Shown piece after piece: positions 18,419-28,787 of a stretch of DNA of 54,831 nt. Source of the stretch: Actinomycetota bacterium (GTDB taxonomy: Bacteria > Actinomycetota > Acidimicrobiia > IMCC26256 > VFJJ01); NCBI GenBank assembly GCA_009886115.1, contig VFJJ01000049.1, forward strand, positions 1-54,831, written 5' to 3'. Below the pieces are notes generated by a model, which was not told the origin of the DNA, made no database searches, and saw nothing but the letters and a program-made list of their open reading frames with translations. The position numbers and the translations under genes are program-made. Position 1 is the stretch's first letter, and each line of letters begins with the position of its first letter.

Positions 18419-19693
18419 TCAGCGCCAGCCGCTGGCCTGCCAAGCGGCCCACACGGCGTCGGCGTACGCCTCGGCGCCATCGGCATTGGGGTGCACGCAG
18501 TCGACGCCGCTGACCCAGTTGGGATCGTCGCCCAGGTTGTGGCCGTCTGCGCAGTAGGGGTGGATGCTGTCGAGCGCATCAAGCGCCCACCCGGTCCCCT
18601 CGGGGAGCAGCGACTCCGGCACCCAGTCGGCCAGCCCCCGATCGCGCAGCGCGTCGGGACCCCAGCCATTGGGCGCTCCATGGCCCACGAACATCGGCGC
18701 CACGTCGACGAGCGCCACACGGCCCGCCGGGAACGAGCGGACAGCCTCGCCGATCACGCCGTTGAGCTGCTCGACCACGGCGCTGGACGCGGCCCGGAAA
18801 CACGGACCGGAGCATCCGGGGACGCCCACGGGGTCGTCGGCCGTCGGATCGTGGTACGTCGTGACCACCACCCGGGCCCCGGTCCCGTCGAGCAGGCGGG
18901 CGATGGCTCGCCGGAGGTCGGCGCGGAGTCGAGACAACCGTGCGTCGACGGTCGCCTGATCGAGCACGCCTCCGGGTAGCAGTCGCTCGGGGTGGGTGAA
19001 GCCCAGGTCGTTGGCCCCGATGGTGATCGTCACCAGGCCGGGGTTGCGGGCTCGGGCCTGGTCGATCTGACCTCCCGGGCTCAGCATGTCGACGACCGTC
19101 GCCCCGCTGCAGGCCAGCAGCTGATAGCTGCGCCCGAGCGCCTGCGTGCTCCAGCGGGCGAAGAAGCGGCCGGGATAGGAGGCGTCCCGAGCCCGCCAGC
19201 AGGGGTCGGTGCGCTCGTAGTCGTACCAGTCGAGCCCATGGCCCGCCGGCACCGAATCGCCCAGCGCCAGGTACTCGCCCGAGTGGGCGGGCGCCCGCAC
19301 CACGAGGTTCAGGGTCGCGCTGGCCCGACGTCCGCCGGGGTCGTGGGCGATGAGCCGGACGGCCCGACGCCCGATGTGGGCAGCGGTCGGGGTCCACGTG
19401 AACGTGGCGGTCGAACCGTCGAACACCGCACCCTGCGGGAGTCCGACGACCGACCACGTCAGCGGATCGCCATCGGGATCGAACGCCTCGATCGTCACGA
19501 GTGCCGGCTGATCGGTGACCAGGACCGGCACGCTCGGGACCGAGACGACCGGAGCGCGCTGAGCCGACCGGACCGGTCCGGCCCACGCCGCCGATGTGCC
19601 GGCGGCCGTCCAGGGAATCCCAGGGACGCCGGCCACGGGGACGACGAGCGATGTCATCAGCCCGGCGGCGATCACGGCGAGCGTGGTGCGCAT
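18419..19693 (-). CDS. Secreted SGNH/GDSL hydrolase with an N-terminal Ig/cadherin-like domain
   Basis: Signal-like N-terminus; DPDGDPLTWS..GLPQGA..F.WTP Ig-like domain; GDS, ACSGAT, TIGAND and DCVHP blocks. Confidence 0.82.
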   Translation of the reverse strand: MRTTLAVIAAGLMTSLVVPVAGVPGIPWTAAGTSAAWAGPVRSAQRAPVVSVPSVPVLVTDQPALVTIEAFDPDGDPLTWSVVGLPQGAVFDGSTATFTWTPTAAHIGRRAVRLIAHDPGGRRASATLNLVVRAPAHSGEYLALGDSVPAGHGLDWYDYERTDPCWRARDASYPGRFFARWSTQALGRSYQLLACSGATVVDMLSPGGQIDQARARNPGLVTITIGANDLGFTHPERLLPGGVLDQATVDARLSRLRADLRRAIARLLDGTGARVVVTTYHDPTADDPVGVPGCSGPCFRAASSAVVEQLNGVIGEAVRSFPAGRVALVDVAPMFVGHGAPNGWGPDALRDRGLADWVPESLLPEGTGWALDALDSIHPYCADGHNLGDDPNWVSGVDCVHPNADGAEAYADAVWAAWQASGWR

Positions 19694-19814
19694 GCGTTGC
19701 ACGCCGGAATGGTAGGCGCAGCGGCCGCCCATCCGGCTTCGGGCTCGCGCCCGACCGGTCGGTAGATTCCGCCCCTGCATCGAGCGTCGCTTCACGACCA
19801 GACGGGGGCCGAGC

Positions 19815-20711
19815 ATGGCGGAGATCGGGTTCGACAACAGGGTGGCGATCGTCACCGGTGCCGGCGGCGGGCTGGGTCGCTGCCACGCGCTCGAGCTGGC
19901 CCGACGGGGTGCCCGGGTCGTCGTGAACGACCTCGGCGTCGCCAAGGACGGGGGCGGATCGTCCCTCAGCCCGGCCCAGCAGGTCGTGGCCGAGATCGAG
20001 GCCCTCGGCGGCGAGGCGGTCACCGACGGCCACAGCGTCGCCACCCCCGAGGGCGGCGCCGCGATCGTCCAGGCGGCCATCGATGCCTTCGGCCGGATCG
20101 ACATCGTGGTCAACAACGCGGGCATCCTGCGCGACAAGACGTTCGCCAAGATGGAGCCGGCCGACGTCGACGCTGTGTTCGACGTGCACCTCAAGGGGGC
20201 GTTCAACGTCACGAGGCCGGCCTGGATCTGCATGCGCGAGCAGAACTACGGGCGCATCGTGATGACCGCGTCGAACGCCGGGATCCTCGGCAACTTCGGC
20301 CAGACCAACTACGGCACGGCCAAGATGGGCCTCGTCGGGATGACCAACGTGCTGGCGGTCGAGGGCGCCAAGTACAACATCCGGGTCAACGCCATCGCCC
20401 CCGTCGCCGCCACCCGCATGACCGACGGCCTGATGGGCGACCTGACGAGCGCCATCGATCCGGCGCTGGTGAGCCCGGTGGTGGCCTATCTCGCGTCCGA
20501 GGCCTGTGAGGTGACCGGCGAGGTGTATTCCTGCGCTGGCGGCACCGTGGCCCGGTTCTTCGTCGGACTGACCCAGGGCATCTACGACCGTGGGCTCACC
20601 GCCGAGGCTGTTCGCGACCGGCTCGCCGAGATCCGTGACGAGACGGGCTACGACGCCTTCGCCGACAACAAGGGTGAGATCAAGAAGCTCGCCCGCATCC
20701 TCGGCGGCTGA
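19815..20711 (+). CDS. SDR oxidoreductase (MFE-2-like 3-hydroxyacyl-CoA dehydrogenase type)
   Basis: TGAGGGLG, VVVNDLG, NNAGILRD and GNFGQTNYGTAK. Confidence 0.9.
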   Translation: MAEIGFDNRVAIVTGAGGGLGRCHALELARRGARVVVNDLGVAKDGGGSSLSPAQQVVAEIEALGGEAVTDGHSVATPEGGAAIVQAAIDAFGRIDIVVNNAGILRDKTFAKMEPADVDAVFDVHLKGAFNVTRPAWICMREQNYGRIVMTASNAGILGNFGQTNYGTAKMGLVGMTNVLAVEGAKYNIRVNAIAPVAATRMTDGLMGDLTSAIDPALVSPVVAYLASEACEVTGEVYSCAGGTVARFFVGLTQGIYDRGLTAEAVRDRLAEIRDETGYDAFADNKGEIKKLARILGG

Positions 20712-20869
20712 TCGAGGTCACGACCGTGAACCCGTCAGCGTCATCCAAGCCCATCGAGCCCATCGAGCCCATCGACGAAGCGCTCGTGCGCGACCCCGCC
20801 CGGCCCGCCGGGACGCTGACCTGCTGACGCTCGGGCAGGCTCACACGCTCACGGCACGCCGCGACCGGA

Positions 20870-21571
20870 TCACGACGGTGGGACGTCTCCGTGACGTTCG
20901 ATGGTGATGTGCCGAGCCAGGAAGATCCGGGCGACGACCAGCAACGCCAGCCCGTAGCCCACCGTCAGCAGGAGCGGGCCGGTGATCGCTCCGTCACCGC
21001 CGGCGCCGACGTCGACGAGCTGCCTCGGGCCGTAGAACGGGAGCAGCTTCGACGCCAGAGCGTCGGGGCTCGCGGCGAGTTGCATTCCCACGACCCCGAT
21101 GAGCACCAACGTCCCCTCGAGCTCGCGAGGCAGCGCCGCTCCGACTGCAAGCCCGAAGGGAACGGCCTGGAACGCGACCGTCACCACGGCGAACCCGAGT
21201 AGCCACGGACGCTCGGGATGCGAGACGAGTCCCATCAACGTCGCGAAGCCGACGGCGATCACCAGCCCGAACGGTCCGAGGAACAGCAGCCGTCCGAGCA
21301 GCAGCTCGATCGGGCGATAGCCGCACAGCAGCAGCCGTTGATCGACCTCACGCGACGACAGCACCGAGAACAGCGTCGCCCCCGCGATCGAGAACGCCAT
21401 GCCCACGCCGCCGGCGACGAAGGCATCCGAGCTCCCATCGCTCGTCTCACTCGCCGCCGAGAGGTAGAAGCTCAAGGGCAACACGATGAGCAACCCGATC
21501 GCGACGTGATGACCCAGGAGGTCGCGCCCGTGCATCTCGGCCATCGTCACGACCCGTCGCAGCGAGTTCAT
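20870..21571 (-). CDS. ABC-2 type exporter membrane protein
   Basis: About six hydrophobic segments; overlaps the ABC ATPase stop. Confidence 0.7.
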   Translation of the reverse strand: MNSLRRVVTMAEMHGRDLLGHHVAIGLLIVLPLSFYLSAASETSDGSSDAFVAGGVGMAFSIAGATLFSVLSSREVDQRLLLCGYRPIELLLGRLLFLGPFGLVIAVGFATLMGLVSHPERPWLLGFAVVTVAFQAVPFGLAVGAALPRELEGTLVLIGVVGMQLAASPDALASKLLPFYGPRQLVDVGAGGDGAITGPLLLTVGYGLALLVVARIFLARHITIERHGDVPPS

Positions 21572-22257
21572 GGGGAACGCTCGGCCCGCGACGGATGCGC
21601 CGGCAGCTCGATGACCCGATCGACCCGATCGAGCTCAGCCAACATGTGGGTCACGACGACCACCGCCTTGCCGGCTCGGCGCCACGTCTCGCAGTGGTCC
21701 CAGAAGTTGATGTAGGTCCCGTGGTCGAAACCCTGGTAGGGCTCGTCGAGGAGCAGCACGCTCGGATCGGCGAGCAACGCCAAGGCCAGGTTGAGCTTCT
21801 GTCGCGTCCCCCCCGAGAGATCGCGGGTGACGAGCTTCTCGCGGAGCGGGAAGTCGAACTCGCCCAGGATCGCCCGTCCGCGGCGGAGCGCCTCGTCGCG
21901 ACCCATCCCCGCGCCCCGGCCGAACATCACCAGGTGGTCATCAGCCGTGAGCAGCTCGAACAGCCCGGCGGCCTGGGGGCAGTACCCGATGCGTCCCCGC
22001 ACACCGACGGTCCCCGTGTGGGCGCGAAGCAGGCCGGCGCAGATGCGCAGGAGCGTGGTCTTGCCCGCGCCGTTCTCGCCGGTGAGCGCCACGACCTGGC
22101 CCGCGTGCACCTCGAGGTCGACACCCTCGAGGATGACCGTACGCCCGTAGCGCCGCCCGACCCCGCGGGCGACGAGATGGCGGTCGGGCGGTTCGAAGGC
22201 ATCGAGCGGCTCGTGCGCAGAGCGTGGGTCCACGGTCCCGATCGTTGCACCCGACAC
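21568..22257 (-). CDS. ABC transporter ATP-binding protein
   Basis: GENGAGKT, LSGGTRQK, LLLDEP and H-loop. Confidence 0.9.
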   Translation of the reverse strand: MSGATIGTVDPRSAHEPLDAFEPPDRHLVARGVGRRYGRTVILEGVDLEVHAGQVVALTGENGAGKTTLLRICAGLLRAHTGTVGVRGRIGYCPQAAGLFELLTADDHLVMFGRGAGMGRDEALRRGRAILGEFDFPLREKLVTRDLSGGTRQKLNLALALLADPSVLLLDEPYQGFDHGTYINFWDHCETWRRAGKAVVVVTHMLAELDRVDRVIELPAHPSRAERSP

Positions 22258-22374
22258 GGCCGTTGGTCAGCTCGGGATTTCCTCCCGTCGGCTCGTTCAC
22301 GAATCCACGGCCAACCAGACCCGTCACCGCCACGGACACTCAAGTGGTCAGAACAGGGGGTTGATAGTAAGTTC

Positions 22375-23562
22375 ATGCTTGTGAATCGATATGAGGAGTC
22401 GCATCCCTGGATCACGTTCAAGGCCACCGACATCAACGATCTCGGACCGAGCACCTGGATGCTCCTCGGCGAGGCTCGATCGAAATGCGAGCACCTGGCC
22501 GGGACGCCCCTTCGGCCCGACATCGCCCGTCAGCTGTATGAGGTCACGTTGGTCAAGGGCGCCCAGGCAACGACGGCGATCGAGGGCAACACCCTGACTG
22601 AGGACCAGGTGGCCGGCATCTTGCACGGCACGTTCACGGCGCCGCCGTCGCGGGCGTACCAACAGCGCGAGGTCCAAAACGTGCTCGACGCGCTCACGAA
22701 CATCGACGCCCAGGTGATGCTCGGCGAACAGCTGCCAGTCACGTCGGCACTGATCTGTGGGTACAACCGCCAGATCCTCGAAGGTACCGAGTTCGAGGCC
22801 CACGTGGTCCCGGGCCGGGTACGCGACTACTCCGTGACGGTTTCGGGGTATCGCGGCGCACCCGCCGAAAACTGCGGGCACCTCGTCGAGCGCCTCGCTG
22901 AATGGCTCGAAGGCGACACGTTCCGCTCGCGCGATCCTGAGATCCAGTTCGCGCTGGCTGTGGCGTCGGCCGTCTACGCGCATCTTTACATCGCCTGGAT
23001 CCATCCCTTCGGCGACGGGAACGGGCGAACGGCGCGGCTGCTCGAGTTCCTGATCTTCGCCCGGTGCGGGATGGTCCCACTCCCGGCCGCCCATCTCCTG
23101 TCGAATCACTACAACCTGACCCGGGACCGGTACTACCGGGAGCTGGGCGAGTCGAGCCGGACCGGTCGCACCACCAACTTCCTGGCCTATGCGCTCCAGG
23201 GCTTCGTCGATGGCGTCCGCGACCAGATCGCCAGCGTGCGCGAGCAGCAACTCAGCGTGACGTGGACCAACTTCGTGCACGAGACCATGGGGCTGTTCCC
23301 CACGAGCCCGAGTCGCGAACGCCAGCGGGCACTCGTGCTGGCGATGAGGTCTGGCAAGGTCATCTCGCGTTCCGAGCTCAGCGGCCTGACCCCGAAGCTG
23401 GCCGCGCTCTACGCCAAGGCCGGTCCCAGAACGCTCAGCCGCGACCTGAACCGGCTCCGCGACGCCCAACTCATCCTCAAGCGAGGGACGGGCTGGCAGT
23501 CGAACGACGCCATCATCAAGGCGTTCCTGCCTCCGATGGCCCACGGCGATCCGAACCCCTGA
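22375..23562 (+). CDS. Fic family protein (class II-type) with a C-terminal HTH-like region
   Basis: HPFGDGNGRTAR canonical Fic motif, N-terminal TTAIEGN inhibitory motif and RTLSRDLNRL tail. Confidence 0.92.
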   Translation: MLVNRYEESHPWITFKATDINDLGPSTWMLLGEARSKCEHLAGTPLRPDIARQLYEVTLVKGAQATTAIEGNTLTEDQVAGILHGTFTAPPSRAYQQREVQNVLDALTNIDAQVMLGEQLPVTSALICGYNRQILEGTEFEAHVVPGRVRDYSVTVSGYRGAPAENCGHLVERLAEWLEGDTFRSRDPEIQFALAVASAVYAHLYIAWIHPFGDGNGRTARLLEFLIFARCGMVPLPAAHLLSNHYNLTRDRYYRELGESSRTGRTTNFLAYALQGFVDGVRDQIASVREQQLSVTWTNFVHETMGLFPTSPSRERQRALVLAMRSGKVISRSELSGLTPKLAALYAKAGPRTLSRDLNRLRDAQLILKRGTGWQSNDAIIKAFLPPMAHGDPNP

Positions 23563-23634
23563 CCCGTCGAAACCGTCGCAACCGGCGACAAGGCAACCGT
23601 GTCAAAGCACCTTGTGGACGTGTACATTCGCCAG

Positions 23635-23877
23635 ATGTCGATCTCGGAGTTCCGGGTGTCGCGACGAGGCCAGATGGCGTTGCCGGCCGAGGCTCGCCGC
23701 CGGTGGGAGCTCGTCGAGGGCGGCTCGGTCGAGGTCGTCGACCTGGGCGAGGCCCTCCTCATCGTCCCAGCCGCCCGGGGCGGGCTCCGGTCGCTCCTGC
23801 ACAGCGCGGTCGAAGCTGCCGGGGGCTACCAGGCGCTGGCCGCGTCGGTCGCCGCCGACGATCCCGACCTCGTCTGA
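23635..23877 (+). CDS. AbrB/MazE/SpoVT-type antitoxin
   Basis: RVSRRGQMALPAEARRRW.L..G..VEV swapped-hairpin pattern; TACATT -10 at 23623-23628. Confidence 0.8.
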   Translation: MSISEFRVSRRGQMALPAEARRRWELVEGGSVEVVDLGEALLIVPAARGGLRSLLHSAVEAAGGYQALAASVAADDPDLV

Positions 23878-23924
23878 GCGGTGTCAGCCTGTGAGCGGTG
23901 TGAACCCCTCAGCGGTGTGAGCCA

Positions 23925-24371
23925 GTGAGCCGCGGCGACATCGTCATCGACGACCACCTCCTGCTGCGCATGATCCTGGGCGACGAACCCGCCGCGTTGC
24001 GCCCGAGGGGAGGGCGACTGTCGACGACCGGGCTCTGGTACCACCGCCTCGGCCGAGCGCTCGCCAACCCGACGGTGACCGGCGTCATGTCGAGATCGCT
24101 CGGCGACGCCTACCCCGGCATGGGCGCGGCCGCCGTCCGGGCGATCACCGCGCTGCCCGATTCCGTCGGGCTCGTCTCGCTTCGTGAGCTGGCCTGGCCG
24201 ATGGCGCAACTGGTTGCTGACGGCCTGCGCCTGAACCTGCTCACGCTCGAAGCTCTGGCCGCGGCCGAGCACCTCGAGGCCGAGCTGTGCCTCGCTGCCG
24301 CCGACGAGAACCCACCGCTCCTCGAGGCCGCCACCCACCGAGGTGTCCCGATCCGCCTCATCGCCGCCTGA
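23925..24371 (+). CDS. Divergent PIN-domain (VapC-like) protein
   Basis: IVIDD N-terminal strand, LEALAAA helix and D..P.L.EAA...GV tail; 148 aa, directly after the AbrB gene. Confidence 0.55.
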   Translation: MSRGDIVIDDHLLLRMILGDEPAALRPRGGRLSTTGLWYHRLGRALANPTVTGVMSRSLGDAYPGMGAAAVRAITALPDSVGLVSLRELAWPMAQLVADGLRLNLLTLEALAAAEHLEAELCLAAADENPPLLEAATHRGVPIRLIAA

Positions 24372-24514
24372 CGGTCAGCGGACGGAGCCCTCGGCTCGGA
24401 GCCGCTCGGCCACACCGATCGCGTAGCCCACCCCGTGTCCGCAGGTACCTCTGCTGCTTCATGGGTCACCCTCGGGTCCCACCGTGAAGCGGTCGACCAC
24501 GGTGGGGAACCGCG

Positions 24515-25012
24515 CTATGAGAACTGGGACCAGTCTTCGGGGTTGTCCTGGGTCATGGTGCCGTTGACGCGGCCGCTGAAGGCGTCGACTTGCACGAGGC
24601 CTCGCTTCGACGGCGGCTCGTCGGCGCTGTAGAGGAGGATCCGCCATTCGGGGCGGCTGCGCCAGCCCCGCCAGGCCATGCCGGCCGAGGCGTGCCCGAC
24701 CGGGAAGCCCACGGTTCGGGTGGCGATCACCAGGGCGTCGGTCTCGTCGAGCTTCACGTCCCAGGCTGTGACGTGGTGGTAGAGCCCGATCACCCCGAGC
24801 AGCACGGCCACCATCGCCAGGCCCCGGTTGTCGGACAGCAGCCAGCCGCCGGCGCACAGCGCAGCGACGATCAGGTGCAGGGTGCCCGCCGTGCGGCGGC
24901 GCTTGATGTTGGGGAACTGGTAGGGCCCGACGAGCCCGGTGACGTCGAGCTCGGCCGGGAGCACGTCGCCTTCGGGCTCGGTGTCGACCGTGGTGACGTC
25001 TTCGTGTGCCAT
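24515..25012 (-). CDS. Hypothetical membrane protein
   Basis: 165 aa with two TM helices and high GC3 codon pattern. Confidence 0.7.
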   Translation of the reverse strand: MAHEDVTTVDTEPEGDVLPAELDVTGLVGPYQFPNIKRRRTAGTLHLIVAALCAGGWLLSDNRGLAMVAVLLGVIGLYHHVTAWDVKLDETDALVIATRTVGFPVGHASAGMAWRGWRSRPEWRILLYSADEPPSKRGLVQVDAFSGRVNGTMTQDNPEDWSQFS

Positions 25013-25146
25013 TGGCGCCAGCGTCGCCGCCCCGGCTCGGTCGGGGCAAACCGTGGAGACCGTGGAGACCGTGAAGACCGTGCGGACGGGCGAGCGGCGC
25101 GACAGACTGACCCCGGTATCGGCATCGACGACAGGGAGCGCAGCAC

Positions 25147-26046
25147 ATGGGTGTGAACAACTGGGGCCGCTGGGGAGCCGACGACGAGCTGGGTGCGCTG
25201 AACCTGCTGACTCCCGAGGTCGTCAAGGCTGCGGCGGGGTCCATCCGCACCGGCAAGACCTACAGCCTCGGCATCCCCATCCAGGGCCACGGCGTGCCGC
25301 TCATGGACTACCGCGGCACCCCCATGCGCCTCACGCTGCAGGACTCCACCGACGACGGCATCTACGACATCTACGGCGCCAAGCCCGGCACCGGCGCTCA
25401 CGAGGACGTCCTCGTGATGGCCTCGCACACCACGTCGCACATGGACGCCCTCATCCACGTGTACGAAGACCACCAGCACTACAACGGCGTGTCCTCCAAG
25501 GCCATGAAGGCACAGTCGGGGGCCCAGAAGCTGAGCATCGACAAGGTGGGGAGCTTCGCGGCCCGGGCAGTGATGCTCGACATGGTGCGCCACTTCGACG
25601 AGGGCGAATGGGTGCGGCTGGGCCGCAACATCACCGCCGACGACCTGCAGGCCGCCGCACGGAACCAGGGTGTCGAGGTGCGAGCTGGCGACATCGTGCT
25701 CGTCCGCACCGGCTACCTCCAGTGGTGGTGGCAGAACAACGCCGCTGGCGGCCCGGCCGGGTTCGACCAGGCCGGCATCGGCGAATCGGCGGCCGACTGG
25801 CTGGCCGAGAAGGACATCGTGGCCGTGGGGGCCGACAATGCCGCCGTCGAGGTGATCCCCTTCGACGACAACGACTTCCTCATCGTCCACAAGGTGCTGC
25901 TGGTTCGGGCGGGCATCTACATGCTCGAGTTCCTGAACCTGGCCGAGCTGGCAGCCGACCAGTGCTACGAGGGTCTGATGACCGTCTCGCCGCTCAAGGT
26001 GACCGGCGCCACCGGCAGCCCCATCAACCCGGTGTTCATCGGCTGA
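25147..26046 (+). CDS. Cyclase family (kynurenine formamidase-like) metal hydrolase
   Basis: NWGRWG.DDELGALN, HTTSHMDA, GDIVLVRTG, ADN.AVE and GATGSPINP. Confidence 0.9.
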   Translation: MGVNNWGRWGADDELGALNLLTPEVVKAAAGSIRTGKTYSLGIPIQGHGVPLMDYRGTPMRLTLQDSTDDGIYDIYGAKPGTGAHEDVLVMASHTTSHMDALIHVYEDHQHYNGVSSKAMKAQSGAQKLSIDKVGSFAARAVMLDMVRHFDEGEWVRLGRNITADDLQAAARNQGVEVRAGDIVLVRTGYLQWWWQNNAAGGPAGFDQAGIGESAADWLAEKDIVAVGADNAAVEVIPFDDNDFLIVHKVLLVRAGIYMLEFLNLAELAADQCYEGLMTVSPLKVTGATGSPINPVFIG

Positions 26047-26554
26047 CGCCGGGCCAGGCGGCGCGAAGGCGATCCCATGACGAGCTCAGCGACTCGGGCA
26101 TGACCCGGGTGTTGGCGATGGCGGTCATGAAGTTGGTGTCGCCGCTCCAGCGGGGCAGCGCGTGCAGGTGGGCGTGGCCGGGCACGCCCGCACCCGCCGC
26201 ATGACCGAGGTTGGCGCCCACGTTGATCGCATGGGGGTCGTACGCCCGCCGGATGGCCGCCTCGGCTCGCTGCAGCGCCGCGAACATCGCCGGGCCCTCA
26301 CCCGGCGCCGTGAGCCCGGCCAGCGACGCCTCGTGTCGTAGCGGGGCCACCATCACGTGGCCGTTGGTGTACGGATAGGCGTTCATGACCGTGAAGGTGT
26401 GGGGGGTGCGTTCCAGCACCATCATCTCGTCGTCGGTACCCTGCTGGAGCCGGCAGAACAGGCACTCGGCCGCATCGGCCGACGGAGGACCCGTGGCGAC
26501 CGCCGCGTCGATGTACGTCGAGCGCCAGCCCGCCCAGATCGTGTCGAGGCTCAC
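26036..26554 (-). CDS. HIT family protein (Ap4A phosphorylase-like)
   Basis: CLFC, NAYPYTNGHVM and HAHLHALPRW.GD.NFM; lies downstream of thrS. Confidence 0.92.
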   Translation of the reverse strand: MSLDTIWAGWRSTYIDAAVATGPPSADAAECLFCRLQQGTDDEMMVLERTPHTFTVMNAYPYTNGHVMVAPLRHEASLAGLTAPGEGPAMFAALQRAEAAIRRAYDPHAINVGANLGHAAGAGVPGHAHLHALPRWSGDTNFMTAIANTRVMPESLSSSWDRLRAAWPGVSR

Positions 26555-26569
26555 CTGCCACCCCTCCCG

Positions 26570-26616
26570 TTCTTTGTGGCCAAGACCGCGCCCGGAGCAG
26601 GCGCAGCCACAAAGAA
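26570..26616. repeat. Intergenic inverted repeat between thrS and HIT
   Basis: ttctttgtggc ... gccacaaagaa arms with an inner gcgcc/ggcgc stem. Confidence 0.75.
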
Positions 26617-26651
26617 GCGGGGTGTCCGCGGGCGCTCGGGCGGGGGCGGGG

Positions 26652-28703
26652 TCACGCGGGCTCGAGTCGACGCTCGGCGACCTGGTCGTGCATGCGATCG
26701 ACGAACGCGGCCAGAGCCACGTCGCGCTCGGGACGGTCGCCGCCGCGCAGGTTCACGCCCACCGTCTCGGCCTCGACATCGCTGTCGCCCACGACGAGGA
26801 TGTACGGCACCTTCTCGAGCTTGGCGTTGCGGATCCGATGACCGAGCGCACCCCGAGATCCGTCGACCAACTCGGCCCGGAACCGCTGTGACCGCAAGCG
26901 TTCGACAACGAGGGCCGCGTAGTCGTCGTGGCGATCGGCGACCGGCAGCACGACACATTGGACCGGCGCCAGCCACGTGGGAAAGGCCCCCGCGTAGTGC
27001 TCGACCAGCACGCCGAAGAACCGCTCGACGGAGCCGAACAGGGCCCGGTGGATCATGATCGGCCGGTGGCGGTCGTTGTCGCTGCCGACGTACTCGATCT
27101 CGAAGCGTTGGGGGAGCTGGAAGTCGACCTGGATCGTGCTCATCTGCCACGTACGGCCGATGGCATCGCGGGCCTGCACCGAGATCTTGGGACCGTAGAA
27201 CGCCCCACCGCCCTCGTCGAGCACGAGCTCGAGGTCGATCTCCGAAGCAGCGCTGCGCAACGCTTCGGTGGCCTCGGCCCATTCCTCGTCGGTACCGACG
27301 GCCTTCTCCTTAGGCTTGGTCGACAATTCCAGGTAGAAGTCGGTGAGTCCATAGTCACGTAACAACGACAGGACAAAGTCCAACAGCGACCGCAGCTCGT
27401 CGCCCATCTGCTCCTTGGTACAGAAGATGTGGGCGTCGTCCTGGGTCATACCCCGTACCCGGGTGAGGCCGTGCACGACGCCCGACTTCTCGTAGCGGTA
27501 CACCGATCCGAACTCGAAGAACCGCACCGGAAGCTCACGGTACGACCGCATCCGTGATCGGAAGATCAGGATGTGGAAGGGGCAGTTCATGGGTTTGAGG
27601 TAGTAGTCGGTGCCGCCGTCGAGCTCCATGGGCGGGAACATGCCATCGGCATACCAGTGCAGATGCCCTGAGGTCTCGAACAGGTTCGACTTGGTGATGT
27701 GTGGCGAGTACACGAACTCGTAACCGGCCGCCTCGTGGCGGGTGCGTGAATACTCCTCCATCACGCGCCTGATCACGCCGCCTTTGGGGTGAAAGACCGC
27801 CAGCCCCGAGCCGATCTCCTCGGGGAACGAGAAGAGGTCGAGCTCGACGCCCAGGCGCCGGTGGTCGCGCCGCTCCGCTTCAGCCAGACGGTGGAGGTGC
27901 TCGTCGAGCGCCTTCTGGTCCTCCCAGGCGGTGCCGTAGATGCGCTGCAGTTGCTTGCGTTTCTCGTCGCCCCGCCAGTAGGCACCAGCCACCCGCGTGA
28001 GCTTGAACGCCTTGAGCGCCTTGGTCGAAGGGACGTGCGGCCCGCGGCACAAGTCGGTGTACGCGACCGATCCGTCGGCCCGCACGTTGCGGTACACGCC
28101 CACGGTGCCGCCGCCAACGCCTTCCGCCGCATCGTCGACCGCGTCGTCAGCACCTCCAGCACCGGCAGCACCTCCGGCACCGGCCCGGTCGGCCCCTGAG
28201 ACCCGGTCGATGATCTCGAGCTTGTACGGCTGGTCGGCAACGGCGAAGAGCGCCCGTCCCTGTTCGAGGCCGAGCTCGAAGCGCTCGAAGCGCTGGTCCT
28301 GGGCCGCCAGCTCGCGCATGCGGGCCTCGATACGCACCAGGTCGTCGTCGGTGAAGCGACCGTCGCCGGGCAGGTCGAAGTCGTAGTAGAAGCCGTCGGC
28401 GATGGCCGGCCCGATGGCGTACTGCGCCCCGGGGAACAGGTCGAAGACGGCTTGAGCCAGGAGATGGCTCGTGGAGTGGCGGATCACCTCACGCCCCTCG
28501 GGTGTGGCCCGCGTGATGATCGCCACCTGGGCATCGGCGGCGATGGGTCTCGAGAGGTCGGCCCATTCGCCGTCGATCGTGGCGGCGACGGCGTCGGCCG
28601 CCAAGCGCCGACCGATCGAGGCCGCGACGTCGCCGGCCGTGACGCCGGGGTCGTAGTTGCGTTGCGAGCCGTCGGGCAGGGTGATGGTGATCGGAGCGCT
28701 CAT
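26652..28703 (-). CDS. thrS: Threonine--tRNA ligase
   Basis: TGS domain, [31 protein letters not shown] and HRALFGS.ERF. Confidence 0.98.
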   Translation of the reverse strand: MSAPITITLPDGSQRNYDPGVTAGDVAASIGRRLAADAVAATIDGEWADLSRPIAADAQVAIITRATPEGREVIRHSTSHLLAQAVFDLFPGAQYAIGPAIADGFYYDFDLPGDGRFTDDDLVRIEARMRELAAQDQRFERFELGLEQGRALFAVADQPYKLEIIDRVSGADRAGAGGAAGAGGADDAVDDAAEGVGGGTVGVYRNVRADGSVAYTDLCRGPHVPSTKALKAFKLTRVAGAYWRGDEKRKQLQRIYGTAWEDQKALDEHLHRLAEAERRDHRRLGVELDLFSFPEEIGSGLAVFHPKGGVIRRVMEEYSRTRHEAAGYEFVYSPHITKSNLFETSGHLHWYADGMFPPMELDGGTDYYLKPMNCPFHILIFRSRMRSYRELPVRFFEFGSVYRYEKSGVVHGLTRVRGMTQDDAHIFCTKEQMGDELRSLLDFVLSLLRDYGLTDFYLELSTKPKEKAVGTDEEWAEATEALRSAASEIDLELVLDEGGGAFYGPKISVQARDAIGRTWQMSTIQVDFQLPQRFEIEYVGSDNDRHRPIMIHRALFGSVERFFGVLVEHYAGAFPTWLAPVQCVVLPVADRHDDYAALVVERLRSQRFRAELVDGSRGALGHRIRNAKLEKVPYILVVGDSDVEAETVGVNLRGGDRPERDVALAAFVDRMHDQVAERRLEPA

Positions 28704-28787
28704 CGGGGCCCGAGGTTACTGGTCGCCACGCCGGTCGCCTGGCCCGTCCGGAGGCTGGACCCGCCCCGGCTCACCCCGAGTGCCGAC

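Noticed and set aside
16175..18979. 934-aa Arg/Gly-rich ORF and similar long overlapping ORFs (9105..11093, 38759..40540, 28452..30215)
   Set aside because: Off-frame or antisense shadows of real genes, expected in high-GC DNA; no motifs.
20712..20869. Small ORF or pseudogene after the SDR (..PIEPIEPIDEALVR..)
   Set aside because: Very short and dominated by a 9-bp repeat; no supportable homology.
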